From: Vicugna vicugna
Lineage: Eukaryota
Reading direction: 5' to 3'
Assembly (NCBI GenBank): GCA_013265495.1
Contig: MU058844.1
Span: 13,476,184 to 13,540,183 of the forward strand
DNA length: 64,000 bases
Numbering within the stretch: position 1 is the first letter of the stretch; each line of letters begins with the position of its first letter. Below, piece after piece: positions 52,110 to 63,460 of the stretch. A model generated the notes under the pieces. It was not told the origin of the DNA. It saw only the letters and a list, made by a program, of their open reading frames with translations, and ran no database searches. Both the position numbers and the translations under genes were made by a program.

Positions 52110-52320
52110 ATTCAAAAGATGCTTTCCATAAACCATCTCATTTGAGCCTAATAGCAACACTGCGAGGTATATTTTAATTTTATTCTCAGTTTACAGATGA
52201 GGAAATTGAAGATTATCTGTAAAAGGATACTGAGCCAGTTGTTAACCTTCTTGAGCCTTAAATTAGCCACAGGGCAGAGTTTCAGTCCCACAAATCCCAA
52301 ATCTGAAGTTCTTCCATGCT
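52110..52320 (-). mobile_element. MIR SINE
   Basis: 'atctcatttgagcctaatagcaacactgcgagg...tttacagatgaggaaattga'. Confidence 0.8.
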
Positions 52321-52844
52321 CACACACATACTTAGACTACTAGACATCTTCATTTCCCTGATGAATTTATTAAAGCTATGTCAAGCTTGTCTGGATGTCT
52401 GGAATTGTCTGAACAGCCGCGTTTTCTCGCCCCCTCGAGATGCCAGTGATCTGGGTTCATGGCAAGTTTTCACTCATTGGGGAAGGGGCTGCTTCCTATG
52501 ATAAGGTTTCACCTGGTGGCCATGTGGCCTATTATGACTAATAGAGGCGGTCTAAGCATGGCTAGAAATAGAGATGTGACTTGCGCATTCCTGGCCTCCT
52601 CCTTCAGTTGTGCTAAGCTCTCACCTTGAATCAAGCTGCCTTTCCTTAGTGCTCACACCGCAGGCTAAACAAGCCAGGGAGGAGGGGCTCCTAATGGACT
52701 CCCGGCTGCCATTCATCCTTCTCTGATTTGCCAGCTTCACCCAGAAACTCTCTTGTCTTCCTCTGCAGTCCTGTTCCCTTCCTCCTTTTGTCACACACTC
52801 TAAGTGTCCACAGATGTCAAGTGTGGAAAAAGACATGTGGTGTT

Positions 52845-53070
52845 AATGCGTTAGTGCTGGCACAAAGGGACTTCCTGGGGACGATACGGCCCCTCGCGGA
52901 GCTGCTCTGTAGGCTGCGCGTCTATATTTACCACCGCCTGGTGCTGAGTCTCGATTCAAATAGCCTGACAACTTTCGAGCTGGCATGATGCCACCCAGGA
53001 TATCAGTCAACGGGCCATCTAGCCGTATCAAGTGCGGCTGTTAAGGGCAGGAATCCTGGCCAGGAATTTC
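52845..53070. promoter_or_regulatory. CpG-rich, motif-dense candidate enhancer
   Basis: About 13 CpG in ~190 bp. Full NFI site 'tggcatgatgcca' at 52981-52993, ETS 'acttcctg' at 52870-52877, SOX-like 'acaaag' at 52862-52867. Confidence 0.45.
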
Positions 53071-53644
53071 TAAACTGCTGCCTGTGAAGAGGTTCTATGC
53101 ATTTTGGCTGGGGGAAGCTTCCAAAAATAAAAGCTAGATACTGCGGCCATTTGTTTGGGACTTTGTAGGGGCGTTATTAGTCACTGGGGGCGGGGACAGG
53201 ATGGCAGAGAAGACAGCATGAAATTAAATCGAATTAATCACTCTGACAGGCAGACAGGCAGACGAGAACTGAACCCACGCTTCCCAGAACAGTCCATTCT
53301 AGGAAATGGAAAAAGAAAAAGAAAAAAAGCATTTAGCCTCACCGAATTGTATTTATATTTCTTCAGAATTGGAAAGCCCAGATGAATACGAGTGTGTGGA
53401 GAGTAAACAACATAGTGATCTGAGGAGTGTGTGCGCTCTCAGAATTTAGGTAGAAGAGGGTCAAGCTGAAGTTTGTTTCCATCTTCTGTGATTTACTTAC
53501 CGCACATGACGTTTGCTAATTGAGACCTTTCTGATGGAGGAGCAAATCCACTGCCTTTTAAGTTGGAGCTCCAAGTGGCTTTGAGGGTTGCAAGCCTTTG
53601 AAGGGTGTGAGGTCTTGCACCGGGGCGTCAGGAATATTATATAC

Positions 53645-53850
53645 TTGTTTAAGAGCGGGGGCATTTGAGTCAAACAAAACTGGAGTTAATCCTGCTTTCT
53701 CACCGGCAAGCTGTTTTCCTTCTCTATGCCTGTTTCTCCAGTTGTCAAAAAGTAACAATAGTAATACAACTTCTTAAGACGGTTGTGAAGAATAAATAAG
53801 AAATTACACATAAAGAGTCGCCTGGCATTTAGTAGGTGCCCAATAAAGAT
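53645..53850 (+). mobile_element. MIR SINE
   Basis: 'gttaagagcggggg...tctctatgcctgtttctcc...gttgtgaagaataaat...cctggcatttagtaggtgcccaataaa'. Confidence 0.85.
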
Positions 53851-53962
53851 TAAAGAATATCTAATTGACCCACTCGACACATGACTCATATAGGCTAGGA
53901 GCTTTTGTATTTGCCTGCATCTTCTCGTGGGTTTAGATGCCTGTGCTCTTTTTCCTGGTCTC

Positions 53963-54375
53963 CCAGTGGTGTGCTAAAGAGCCAATTGTTAGATTTTTAG
54001 GAATTTTGAGATCTGATTGTTAAATACTGCCAGTATTTCAAAATAAATACATAAATGAAAAGGAACACATGATTAACTAAATTATATTTAAAACCAACTT
54101 GATAAATACTTGAAACTCATCACTTCCTATTTCACTGAATTCTACTACTATCTGTACTCTTGAAGTTATTTATGTCTGTTTCACCCGTTAACACATCATA
54201 CAATGGCGTGTTATCACCGCGCACGCTTCCCAGCTTATGTTCAATGACATCCCTCTTGTGGCTTGAAAACAGACATCCCTCTAGTGGCTTCTGTAGGCCA
54301 TTGCCTTAAAGAAACAGGCAAATACTCTAATTCAGCACCTTTTCCCCAAAGAGGCAATTATTTAACACTTACCGT
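53963..54375 (+). mobile_element. MER63-type hAT-Blackjack element
   Basis: 'ccagtggtgtgct...gagccaattgttagatttttaggaattttg...aaactcatcacttccta...tcttgaagttatttatgtct'. Internal tandem duplication of 'gacatccctct(t/a)gtggctt'. Confidence 0.85.
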
Positions 54376-54874
54376 AATTCTTAACTCTACACATGGAAAA
54401 ATTGGATTAATTTATGTGAGAACATATAAAAAGTAATTCTGATAAACTCTTTATGCTTTGTGGGCTCCAACTCTTAAGAATCAGTTAAATATATTACATA
54501 TCTTGGTATCAGTCTTTCATGAAGTAAAAAAAAAGTGCCAAGCAACACAATTTCCATTTTTAATGAAAATGTAATTTCTGTAAACTGAGCCACTTAATAA
54601 ACTTTAAAATGAGTATTCACTTATCAAATCTTTTTATTTCTTACTGGTTATTTTTTAAGTATCTCAAAGTTTACCTATTCTTGATTTGGGGTATCTTTGG
54701 TTACTAACAATCCTAGAATTACTCCTGTTGGTCTCCAAGTACGTGGAGATATTTCAAAACAAAAATATTAATATGTAACTGTGCATCCATGCTGCTTTGT
54801 TTTTAAAATTTAAAGGTTACCCAGTTCAGTGCCTGGCATAGATTAAAAATTGAGTGAAACAGAGGAAGGAGAAT

Positions 54875-55060
54875 GATATTTTCATTTGGAAGATTTGGGT
54901 TCAAGTCCTGCTCATCCCTTAAGTGCTGTGTACTTGGACCAGCAATCAGTTAATCTTCTATAAAGTCAGCATAACATGGGTACATATGCCAACATACCAC
55001 ATGGCATTGTGAGGATTAATTATGTGGAGGACTCTGGCATACAGTAGATTCTCCAACCCA
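54875..55060 (+). mobile_element. MIR SINE (degenerate)
   Basis: 'gatttgggttcaagtcctgctc', 'ttgtgaggattaa', 'ctggcatacagtag'. Confidence 0.7.
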
Positions 55061-55279
55061 TGCTAATTTACTGTAGTATCTAATTAACATTTATTGGTTA
55101 AATAAATTCAGATCAACTGATTATGAAAGAGCCTCAGTATATGCAAGGGGAAAAAAATCAGAAGACCAAATTACTTTAGAGTAATTCACTTCCCTAATTT
55201 TGTCTGATTAAAAAAAAAAGTCTCCTAACCCAATAATCTGATATCTCCAAGTGTTATTTTTCTTCTTGGCAACTGCCCT

Positions 55280-55815
55280 TCACCTACAAAAGCAAGCTTT
55301 AGACTCTCTTCTCCCTGGACTCCTTTACATGACCCTCAAAGTCCTCCAAAATCCTCCTTCAGTCTCCTCTTTCTTAACTGCTCTGCTGATCCTGCCCAAA
55401 TGCTCCACTCCAGCCAAGCCTGGTACTTAGTAGTCTTTAATTCAGCAATGTTCTTGATTTTCTCTCTCTTTTTTTTTTTACCTAAAACATCATCCTCTCC
55501 ACTTTTCTAGTAGGAAAATAATGATAATCTTTTCAGTCACAATCTTTCTTCCTTTTTTCAATACTTCTTGGTGATCTTATTATACCATCAGGATTCTCTC
55601 TTGATTTCCCCAACCTTTAAGCTCCCAAAGTCCTTACTAACAACACTTCTCATTGCACTGGTGTTTCAGTGGTGCATTAATTAGTGTGAATATATTTATC
55701 TCATCACCTAGAGGGTAAACTCCTTGATAGTTTCGATTTTTCCGTAACTCTTTCCTCATCACCCAGTGCCTAGCACTCTGCCAGGCAAACAATGTACCTT
55801 TAGTAGATGTTGGAA
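55280..55815 (+). mobile_element. L2 3' region (degenerate)
   Basis: 'ctccactccagccaagcctgg', 'tcacccagtgcctagcactctgccaggca'. Confidence 0.7.
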
Positions 55816-56954
55816 TCTGCATGTGTCTGGTGTTCAATTTGCTTTTTTCCTCCCCAAGTATCTTTTTCCTTCCTTTACTTTTTTATAGATTTGAGAGGAA
55901 AATTATAGTCTGGGAGTCCAATATTCCAGAAGTATCTAGTTTTTACTTAATATAAAACAATGAACCTCTTGTTATTAGCTAGATTCAAATAACATACGGT
56001 CACTAAATATCTCATGAAAGAACATGAATCAAGATATTTTTCTTACTAGTGAGTCAAAGATAATTTTTGTTTATACAGGGTTCAGAAAGAATGAGTTATG
56101 TGAAAAACACTTCTAAGACCAAGATTGATAAATCAGTTTGTAATTTTATAGCTATTCAATTGGCTCTGTTTCTAAATAATTGGTCATATCTTTAATGTAT
56201 TCAGAAACTTTTTGAAATTGAGACTTGCCTCAATTTTCATTTAAATGAATAAAGGAATATATATATATAATAAGCAGAGGAAAAGTCAAATTTCAGATAT
56301 TTTTCTATTTGATTCTGCATAATAAATTATAGAGTACTGGGGTAGAATTAGGATAGCTGACTAATGTTCATCAATTTACATTTGATTACATTTATTCTCT
56401 TTCTGTCTAGTTGACTTATTTTTCAGGCTCCACAGGTATTGTTCAGTTTAGGCTGCTGGGGATTTTTTCCCTCCTATGGCCAATCCTCTCACCCACAATC
56501 CAAAGAGAGCCAGGTGGAAGAGTTAGAAGTAAGAAAGGAAAACAGAGGAGTGACGTGCAACTTTTTTTTCCTTACTAACCTCTTCTTTCTTTTTTTCTCT
56601 CTTCTTTCTCTCTACTAAGCCATTAAGATAATCCTGGCACAAGTGCTATGAATACCTCTTTTAAAGTATGGCTTGCATTTTCTAAAACAATGCAGTTAAA
56701 GGATAAATGTAATAGAGCTAACATAGACACAAAGTCAAGCCAGTCCAAGTTGGTTTAAAAGAAAATAAACACGTAAAGAGACAGGGGAAAACAGATCTTT
56801 AGTGTCATGCAGTGCTAATGAGATAACAGGAGGTGTGTAGCCTTATGATTCAACTGTATCCCTCATGGCTCCACATGTTATGGTTTGCTTACAACCTCAT
56901 GAATCAAAACATGTGTCACATTCATAAAAGTTTATCCAAGATTGAAAAATAAGA

Positions 56955-57078
56955 GGGGAGGATATAGCTTAAGTGGTAGAGTGCATGCTTAGCATGCATG
57001 AGGTCCCAAGTTCAATACCCAGTACCTCCTCTAAAAACAAATAAATAAGTGAGCCTAATTACCTCTCCCCCCAAAAAA
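56955..57078 (+). mobile_element. tRNA-Ala-derived SINE (Vic-1-like)
   Basis: 'ggggaggatatagcttaagtggtagagtgcatgcttagcatgcatgaggtcccaagttcaatacccagtacctcc', then an A-rich tail and 'cctaattacctctcccc'. Confidence 0.92.
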
Positions 57079-57936
57079 GTAAAACAGTTTTCAGAAGAGA
57101 GTGTAGGAAACAGAGTATTTGGTATAATCAAAATTCAGCTGGCTTCCAACATGAACTTTTTTTTCATGGCAGATAGAGAGGCATCTTTAATTGATAATCC
57201 CCCTGGTGTTTATGGAATTAGAACAGGGATAACCACTTGTACTTGCAGACTTTAATTATTCTGTCCAGATCGGATCAGAAAATCATGAGCATGTCCTTTC
57301 ATAAACATGAGGATTACACAGAAGCCAGTAAATAGTCTCAACAGGGAGGTCCAGCAAAATGTACTAGAAAGAATAAAGAATTCTGCTGTCATCATTTCTG
57401 CTTGTTAACTTGCCATCTCAAAACCCCATATTTGTATTTTTTGCCTTGCACTAAAAATAAAGTCAGATTGCTTCAAATAATCAGTTATTCCACGTATATA
57501 AATGAAACAACAAAAGCATCCCATTGTTACAAGGTCTCCCCTCTGGCTCATTCCCCTTAATTTTGTTTTTCCACTTTCATCTTAAAAAAAAAAAAAAAAA
57601 CAGATGCTTTTCTTTATAAATTGCACTGGCTTCATTCCCATTTCCTACCAATTCTCATCTATTTTAAAATCAAGTTTCTGGCCCATTTAGAAGTAAATTT
57701 GGCTTACTGACTGGCTGACTGTTTCTATGCCTGCCGTATAAATTTAGTACCGCAACTCTAATGGAGGCGCTCAATGTTTTAGAAGAAAATCAGAACAGGA
57801 AGAACCCTTTAATTTCATCTAAAGCCCTTCATTTTACTTGTAAATAGAAAATGAAGCAAATCCCTTTCCTTTCCCTTAAAGACTGGTAAAGAGAAAGACT
57901 CTTGGCTATAAACTTAATCAGATTTTTACAACTGAC

Positions 57937-58536
57937 TGAGACAGGAGGGAAGGGGTCAGGGCACGGCCATTAAAAGAATGACACAACAGTTAGCACCAAG
58001 ATGGCGGAAGATTAACTCCTAGTAAACCTTGAGCTTCAATATACACTCACTGAAATACAATAGCATGCTGAATGGTACTCCTACAGGTGCCAGGAGAGTT
58101 TTAAGGCTGATAATAGGTCAAAGGGTTGGTGATGGCCCAGTTCCTGGGAATCACCCCACTTCCCCAAAGTAGTTGGAATAACCTCCCACCTGTTAGCATA
58201 TGCAGTTACCGAGACCAAAAAACTCAAAACACCTGCCTGTGGTGGCGGCGCTCCCTTCTGAGTGAGACCACCCACACTTAGTCTTTGGAGTGTGTATCTA
58301 CTTTGAGCACTTAATCTCCACAACTCATGGCCTTTCTCTTGCCTTCTGAAACAGCCTGCACTCTGTCTATGGAGTGTGTATCTCTCTTAATAAATCTATC
58401 TTTACTCAACTGTGGCTCATTCTTGAATTCTTTCCTGCAAGAAGCCAAGGACCCACACTTGGCAGGGTGCATCCCAGGGACTGAACTGAGATCTGGGACA
58501 CAGCCATCTTCTCGCCCCCACATTTTTCTTGTATCA
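57937..58536 (+). mobile_element. ERV1 solo LTR, MER41-like, complete (600 bp)
   Basis: TG...CA ends with imperfect terminal inverted repeat (tgagacagga / tcttgtatca). 4-bp TSD 'tgac' at 57933-57936 and 58537-58540. 'gcactctgtctatggagt', 'cttaataaa' and 'cttgaattctttcctgc...ccaagga' are MER41-family motifs. Confidence 0.88.
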
Positions 58537-60441
58537 TGACCACCTCACATTTGAGCGTGGTCTTTGTGTAGGTGAAGGGGCAGCTATAAGGAATCTGTGC
58601 CCCAATCCCCTGATTCTGACTTGCTCTTTTTCATCCTCCTCCACAATTTCAGAGTCTACTTCTTTTGTTTAAAAAAGGATTGCTCATACATAAGAAGCAT
58701 CATACTTAAATAAGAAGGAAAAGAAAGCTACTTTAAAATATTCTTCATTGTTTTCTGTTTTGACTAAAAGGAACATGTAAGTCAGAAAAAAATGTTTTCT
58801 TCATTTTTGGTGTCATTCTTTTTTATAATTCAATCAGAGCTTCAAGTTTTAAAAAAAATGTTTTAACTTATAAGACATTTGGAGAATACAACAAAGGATT
58901 GAGTTGACCTCTAGTACCCAGTTGAATTCCATAAATAATAGTTTTTATGAAATGGAAGCTGGGAATATTTGTAGAAAGTAGTATACCAAAAGAATCCTAA
59001 AGACACTAAAAATCATGAATGTGTCCCAGGTAACTTTTCAATCTGTTTATGAGGACAGAGTTTCAATTCAGCTTTTTCTTGCCGTCTCCCCTGACAGTGG
59101 GAACATGAACTCTGTTAGAGTCTGTCCTTATTTTAAACATTTTTGCTTATGTTGTACATCTTTCTTGAAAAAAACATTTTTCCTTCCATCATTAACTCAT
59201 GCTAATCAGATCTGTTTTACTCCACATGAGAATTTATAACAGGATAACATAGCTTTCACCCAACAAGCTCCGAGCAAACAAATTCCTCTATGGGACCTCT
59301 TCAAAGGTGTCATCAGTCTCCTCTCTTAATACATGTCTTAAATTTGCTGAACTCCTTATGGTGATGTGTGTTATTGGTTTAGGCAACTTCTGTTCATTTC
59401 ATTGAATTCCTGTCCCACTTTCCCACTTTTCATTGACTAGAATAGCCTGTCTTACTAGGTACAGAAACACCGGCAACTTCATAAACAAAGCAAAACAAAT
59501 AAGCAAACAAACAAAAAGCCATGACTAGGCCCTGACTCAGTGTTGTTTTGCATTCATGGACGAGATTGCTAATCTCTCTAGGAAAACAGTCTTGAGAAAC
59601 AGCATAAATATTGCATCAAACTCTTCCTTGCATACACTCTTCAGCTCCTCCCAATCCCCCTTCCTGTTATGTTTTTCCTAGTTTTGTTTAATGTGGTCTA
59701 GGATGTTCTCATAGTTTTAAATGAATACATTAGGAAATTTGTTGAAATGTTTGAGCCTTATGACCATGGAGATACTTTTGAGGTCAAAGGAATTTTTTAC
59801 CTATTTAAAGAAACAAAAGTCCTTTAGACAATGATTCCTTAAATCAAAGCGTGGTTCTTTAAAACAAACAAACAAACAAAAAACCCTCTTCAATTAAAGA
59901 TTTCTTTACCAGTTACTACACATTACATGAGTGATAATAAAACATCCCATGCCTAATGAACAGTTATTATTGGTTAAACCGATTGAAATAAGAGAGAATT
60001 ATGGGCAGCTGCAAAACACATTCACGAGTGGTGAGAGAAACAGGCAGCTGTGATCCCATTTGCTATAAATATTTTTAATTAAAATTTGCCTCCTGGTTTT
60101 CAGTTTGCATAATGGCAGGGATACTTGGTTACGAGAGGGGTAAAGGGATGTCTTTCTTTTCAAGAATAGCTTTTTAACTCTTCTATTAACAATAACAATA
60201 ATTGTGGTAATCCCGCTGGATGATAAGAAAATGAGCCAAATAATGAAACTCTCATTCCTTTCTAATTCTGCACCCAAGAATTTCAAGGTTTAATCTGTTT
60301 GCTTTTAACACTTTCATTTCTAGATTAAAAGTCCCTGCTGTCCAGCAGGAATGTTTGCAAAGATTGAAGACAGTGCATAGATGTATCTCGGAATACCTAC
60401 ATGGGACCTGCATTAGAAGCGCACACGCACGTGCCCCCCTC

Positions 60442-60469
60442 CACACACACACACACACACACACACACA
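60442..60469. repeat. (CA)n microsatellite
   Basis: Seen directly. Confidence 0.95.
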
Positions 60470-60519
60470 TTTTCTTACTGAGATTCTGGCTTTTGGGCTT
60501 ATAGGACTTTCTTCCCACT

Positions 60520-61130
60520 TGTAACAGTTCCCTTTCATCTCATCATCCATTTGCTCTCAAACATTGATGCTTTTTAGAATCTAGTTCCCAGGTCATTCCT
60601 ACTCCGCTTGCTCCACTCCACCCAGATCTACCCAGTTCTTTGTGGTATTAGCCATTGTCTATATATTAATAATGCAAAAATCTCATTCTCTAGCCCCGTC
60701 TTCTCTCCTGAGCACTAAGGATGTATAGCTGGAGTCCCCTAAGCACTTAAAACTCATTGTTTTCCCCACATCTGCTTCTCCTTCTGTCTTCTAATACCAG
60801 TTAATAGCCCCACTAGACACTACATCACTGCAGCCAAAAGCCTTGAGGATACTTGAGACTTCTCTTTTCACCACATTCTTCACTACATCTTATGGGTCTC
60901 CACGTCCTCAAGATTCTACTTCTTAAATATTTATCAGTTTCTGTTCCTTCCACCTTTATCTTCATTGCTACAGCCCTTTATCTGGACTGGGAACATCCTT
61001 CTCTTGAATGTTCCAATAGCCTTGTAACTGGGCTCCTGGTTCTTAGGTTTGGCTCCTCAAATTTATCATCTGCCTAAAGTGAAGTCTGACCACATCACTC
61101 CCTTGCCTAAAATTTTGCAGTGGCTTTCCA
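60520..61130 (+). mobile_element. L2 fragment
   Basis: 'tctagccccgtcttctctcctgagc', 'caatagccttgtaactggg', 'aagtctgaccacatcactcccttgcctaaaa...cagtggctttcca'. Confidence 0.85.
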
Positions 61131-61190
61131 CCATTTAAATAAATAAATAAACCTAATTACCTCCACCCACCAAACAAACAAACACAAAAA
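61131..61190 (+). mobile_element. 3' tail only of the Vic-1-like SINE
   Basis: 'ccatttaaataaataaataaacctaattacctcc...' matches the tails at ~11720-11760 and ~57030-57070; the tRNA head is absent. Confidence 0.75.
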
Positions 61191-61990
61191 TGAGATACTT
61201 AAAAGAGAGAAGACAAATACGAAAAAGAACTAAATCAAACTTACAGAAATGATACAAATAAACAAGGAAATGGTAATTTGGAAGACACTTCTAAGGAAAT
61301 GGCTTAGAATAAAGACTAAAGATACATAGAGACACCAACTGTCAAAGAGTAGTTAGGAGAAATGGAAGACAGAGTGAGAACTGTAAAACTCTAATGAGAA
61401 TTTCATAGAGAGAAAAGAAACAGTGGGAAAGAAAGAATATTTAAGTAGGAGATAGATGTTCAATATTAATGAAAATATGAATTTACAGACTGAAAATACA
61501 GGTCCTGAGTAGACTAAAGAAAAAAAAATCTTTATATAAATCTATTGTAGTGAAACTATAGAATTCCAGAGGCAAAGAAAAAATATTAAAAGCACCAAAA
61601 GGAAAAAGCAGAGAGGAACAATCATTAGACTGATGGCCATGTTGCCATCAGCAAAATAAAAGCAAAAAGACAATTGAATAATTTCCCAGGATGCTGAAAT
61701 ACATAAACCTAGAATTCTACACTCAAAAGAATTTCTTCAATAGTGAGAATAAAATAAAGGCATTATCTACAGAAGGCTGGGGGCAGGGTTTGGCACCCAC
61801 ACAGTCACACTGAAAGAATTACCCAAAGAGATATTTTAGTGAGAAAGGAATTGAATGTGTGGAGTGAGAGTGTAGGAGTGAGCAAAGAAATGCTAAATGC
61901 ATAGTTAGATCTAAATAGGTAATGACTTTAAAATGAACAAATATCTACGTGTGTGTGTTATATTTGAATAATTGGAGGATATTTTAAAAC
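61191..61990 (+). mobile_element. Ancient L1/HAL1 ORF1 relic
   Basis: A-rich with 'gaaatggaagacagagtgag', 'attgtagtgaaact', 'aatattaaaagca', 'aacctagaattctacact'. No open frame. Confidence 0.75.
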
Positions 61991-61999
61991 AATTGGTGA

Positions 62000-63460
62000 T
62001 ACCTGTATTCAACATTATATTGGATGTCCAAGCCAGCATGGTAAGGAAAAGATATGAAAGGTTAAGGATTGGAAAGAAAGAAACAAAACTATTATACAGA
62101 GACTACATTATTGATTATGTAAAAATCCTCTGAGAATCTGCACATTAATAGAATTAATAAGTGTTCTGAATGCCTGTTCTATATGATATTAATATCTAAT
62201 TATGTTCCTAATTATCTATAATACAGAAAATGTAATTTTAAAAGGTATCATTTAAAATAAGAACACAATTGCTAGATGCCTAGGAATACCTGTTAAATTA
62301 TGCACAAGTGTTTGAAATGTTATGGAAAGACATTAAAGAAGACCTAAGTGAGTCGGAAGATCATACCATGTTATGGATAAAAAAAGTCAATACATAAAGA
62401 TGTCAGTTCCTGCCAAGTGAATTTTAAATTCACTGCAATCACAATAAAATTCCAACGTGTGTATGTGTGTGTAACTAGAGAACTGATTCTAAACATCTAA
62501 TTAACCAACAAAGGGACAAGAATAGCTCTGGCAGTTTTTTTAAAGGACTGAGATGCAAAAAATCTCACTACTAGATATTGTACCTGTGTGTGTATAAATA
62601 TATATATATTATATATATATTATATATATAATATATATATACATTTTTTTAAAGCATGATGTTATTACAGGGATAGCTAAGCAAACCAGTGAAACAGCCT
62701 AGACAGCCTGTATATGGAAATCGATCTACCACAGAGGAGGCATTGCAAAGCCACAAGAAAGGACAGTTTAATCAATAATCTTGGGACAAATGGTTTTCCA
62801 TTTGGAAATAATACAATTTGATTCCCACTTTACACCACACTGGAAAAATCAATGCAAGATGAATTAAAACCAAAATGTAAAAATAAAAGCCTGAAAGCTA
62901 TAGGGGAAAAAAAATGAGAGTATTTTATGATCAAATGTTATAAAGAAGAGAGAAAAAATTTTTAAAAGACAGAAAATTACACATCATTAAGGAAGAATGT
63001 TATAAAGTAGAGTATATTAAAATTTTAAATATCTCTTCATCAAAGGATGCCACAAAAAGGTGAAAAGAAAAGCTACATACCGGGAGAAGCTGTTGGCAGC
63101 ACAATGTAATGCTAATTCGTGACTATCTGATTGGTAAAATGTTGACGAGGATATATACTGAGTAAAAAAGCATGTTGTAAAATACGTTCAATATAATACT
63201 TGTGTAAATTAAAATCGCACAAAACAATACTGTATGATATTATGCGTGTATTCATATGTTATTAAATTATAAAGAAATGTAAGGCAAGGACACTTGACAG
63301 CCTTAGGACAGCGACAGTCTTTGGACATAAAGGATTAGAAATTCTGAGAACCAATATGGCAAAATGTTATTCTAGGTAGTAGGCACTAGCCAACAATTTA
63401 TTTTTCCTGTACCTTTCTGTGTGTCTACAATATTTTATAATTAAACAAAATCTAAACAGA
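62000..63460 (+). mobile_element. Ancient L1 ORF2 (RT region onward) and L1ME-type 3' UTR relic
   Basis: 'tattcaacattatattggatgtcc', 'attggaaagaaagaaacaaaact', 'cattaaagaagacctaa', 'ctgattctaaa', 'ttcatcaaagga'. Contains a (TA)n tract at ~62594-62641. Confidence 0.85.

Noticed and set aside
52505..52525. CTCF site ('tggccaccaggtgaaa' on the minus strand; similar partial matches near 33950 and 52935)
   Set aside because: The essential 3' GGC part of the core is missing or gapped, so it cannot be supported without a PWM score or ChIP data.
52930..52950. REST/RE1 site
   Set aside because: Only the left half-site (TCAGCACC, minus strand) is present; there is no GGACAG half.
61191..63100. Intact L1 ORF1/ORF2 or a domesticated L1-derived gene
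   Set aside because: No ORF of 60 aa or more is present in the supplied track, and the sequence is heavily degenerate.
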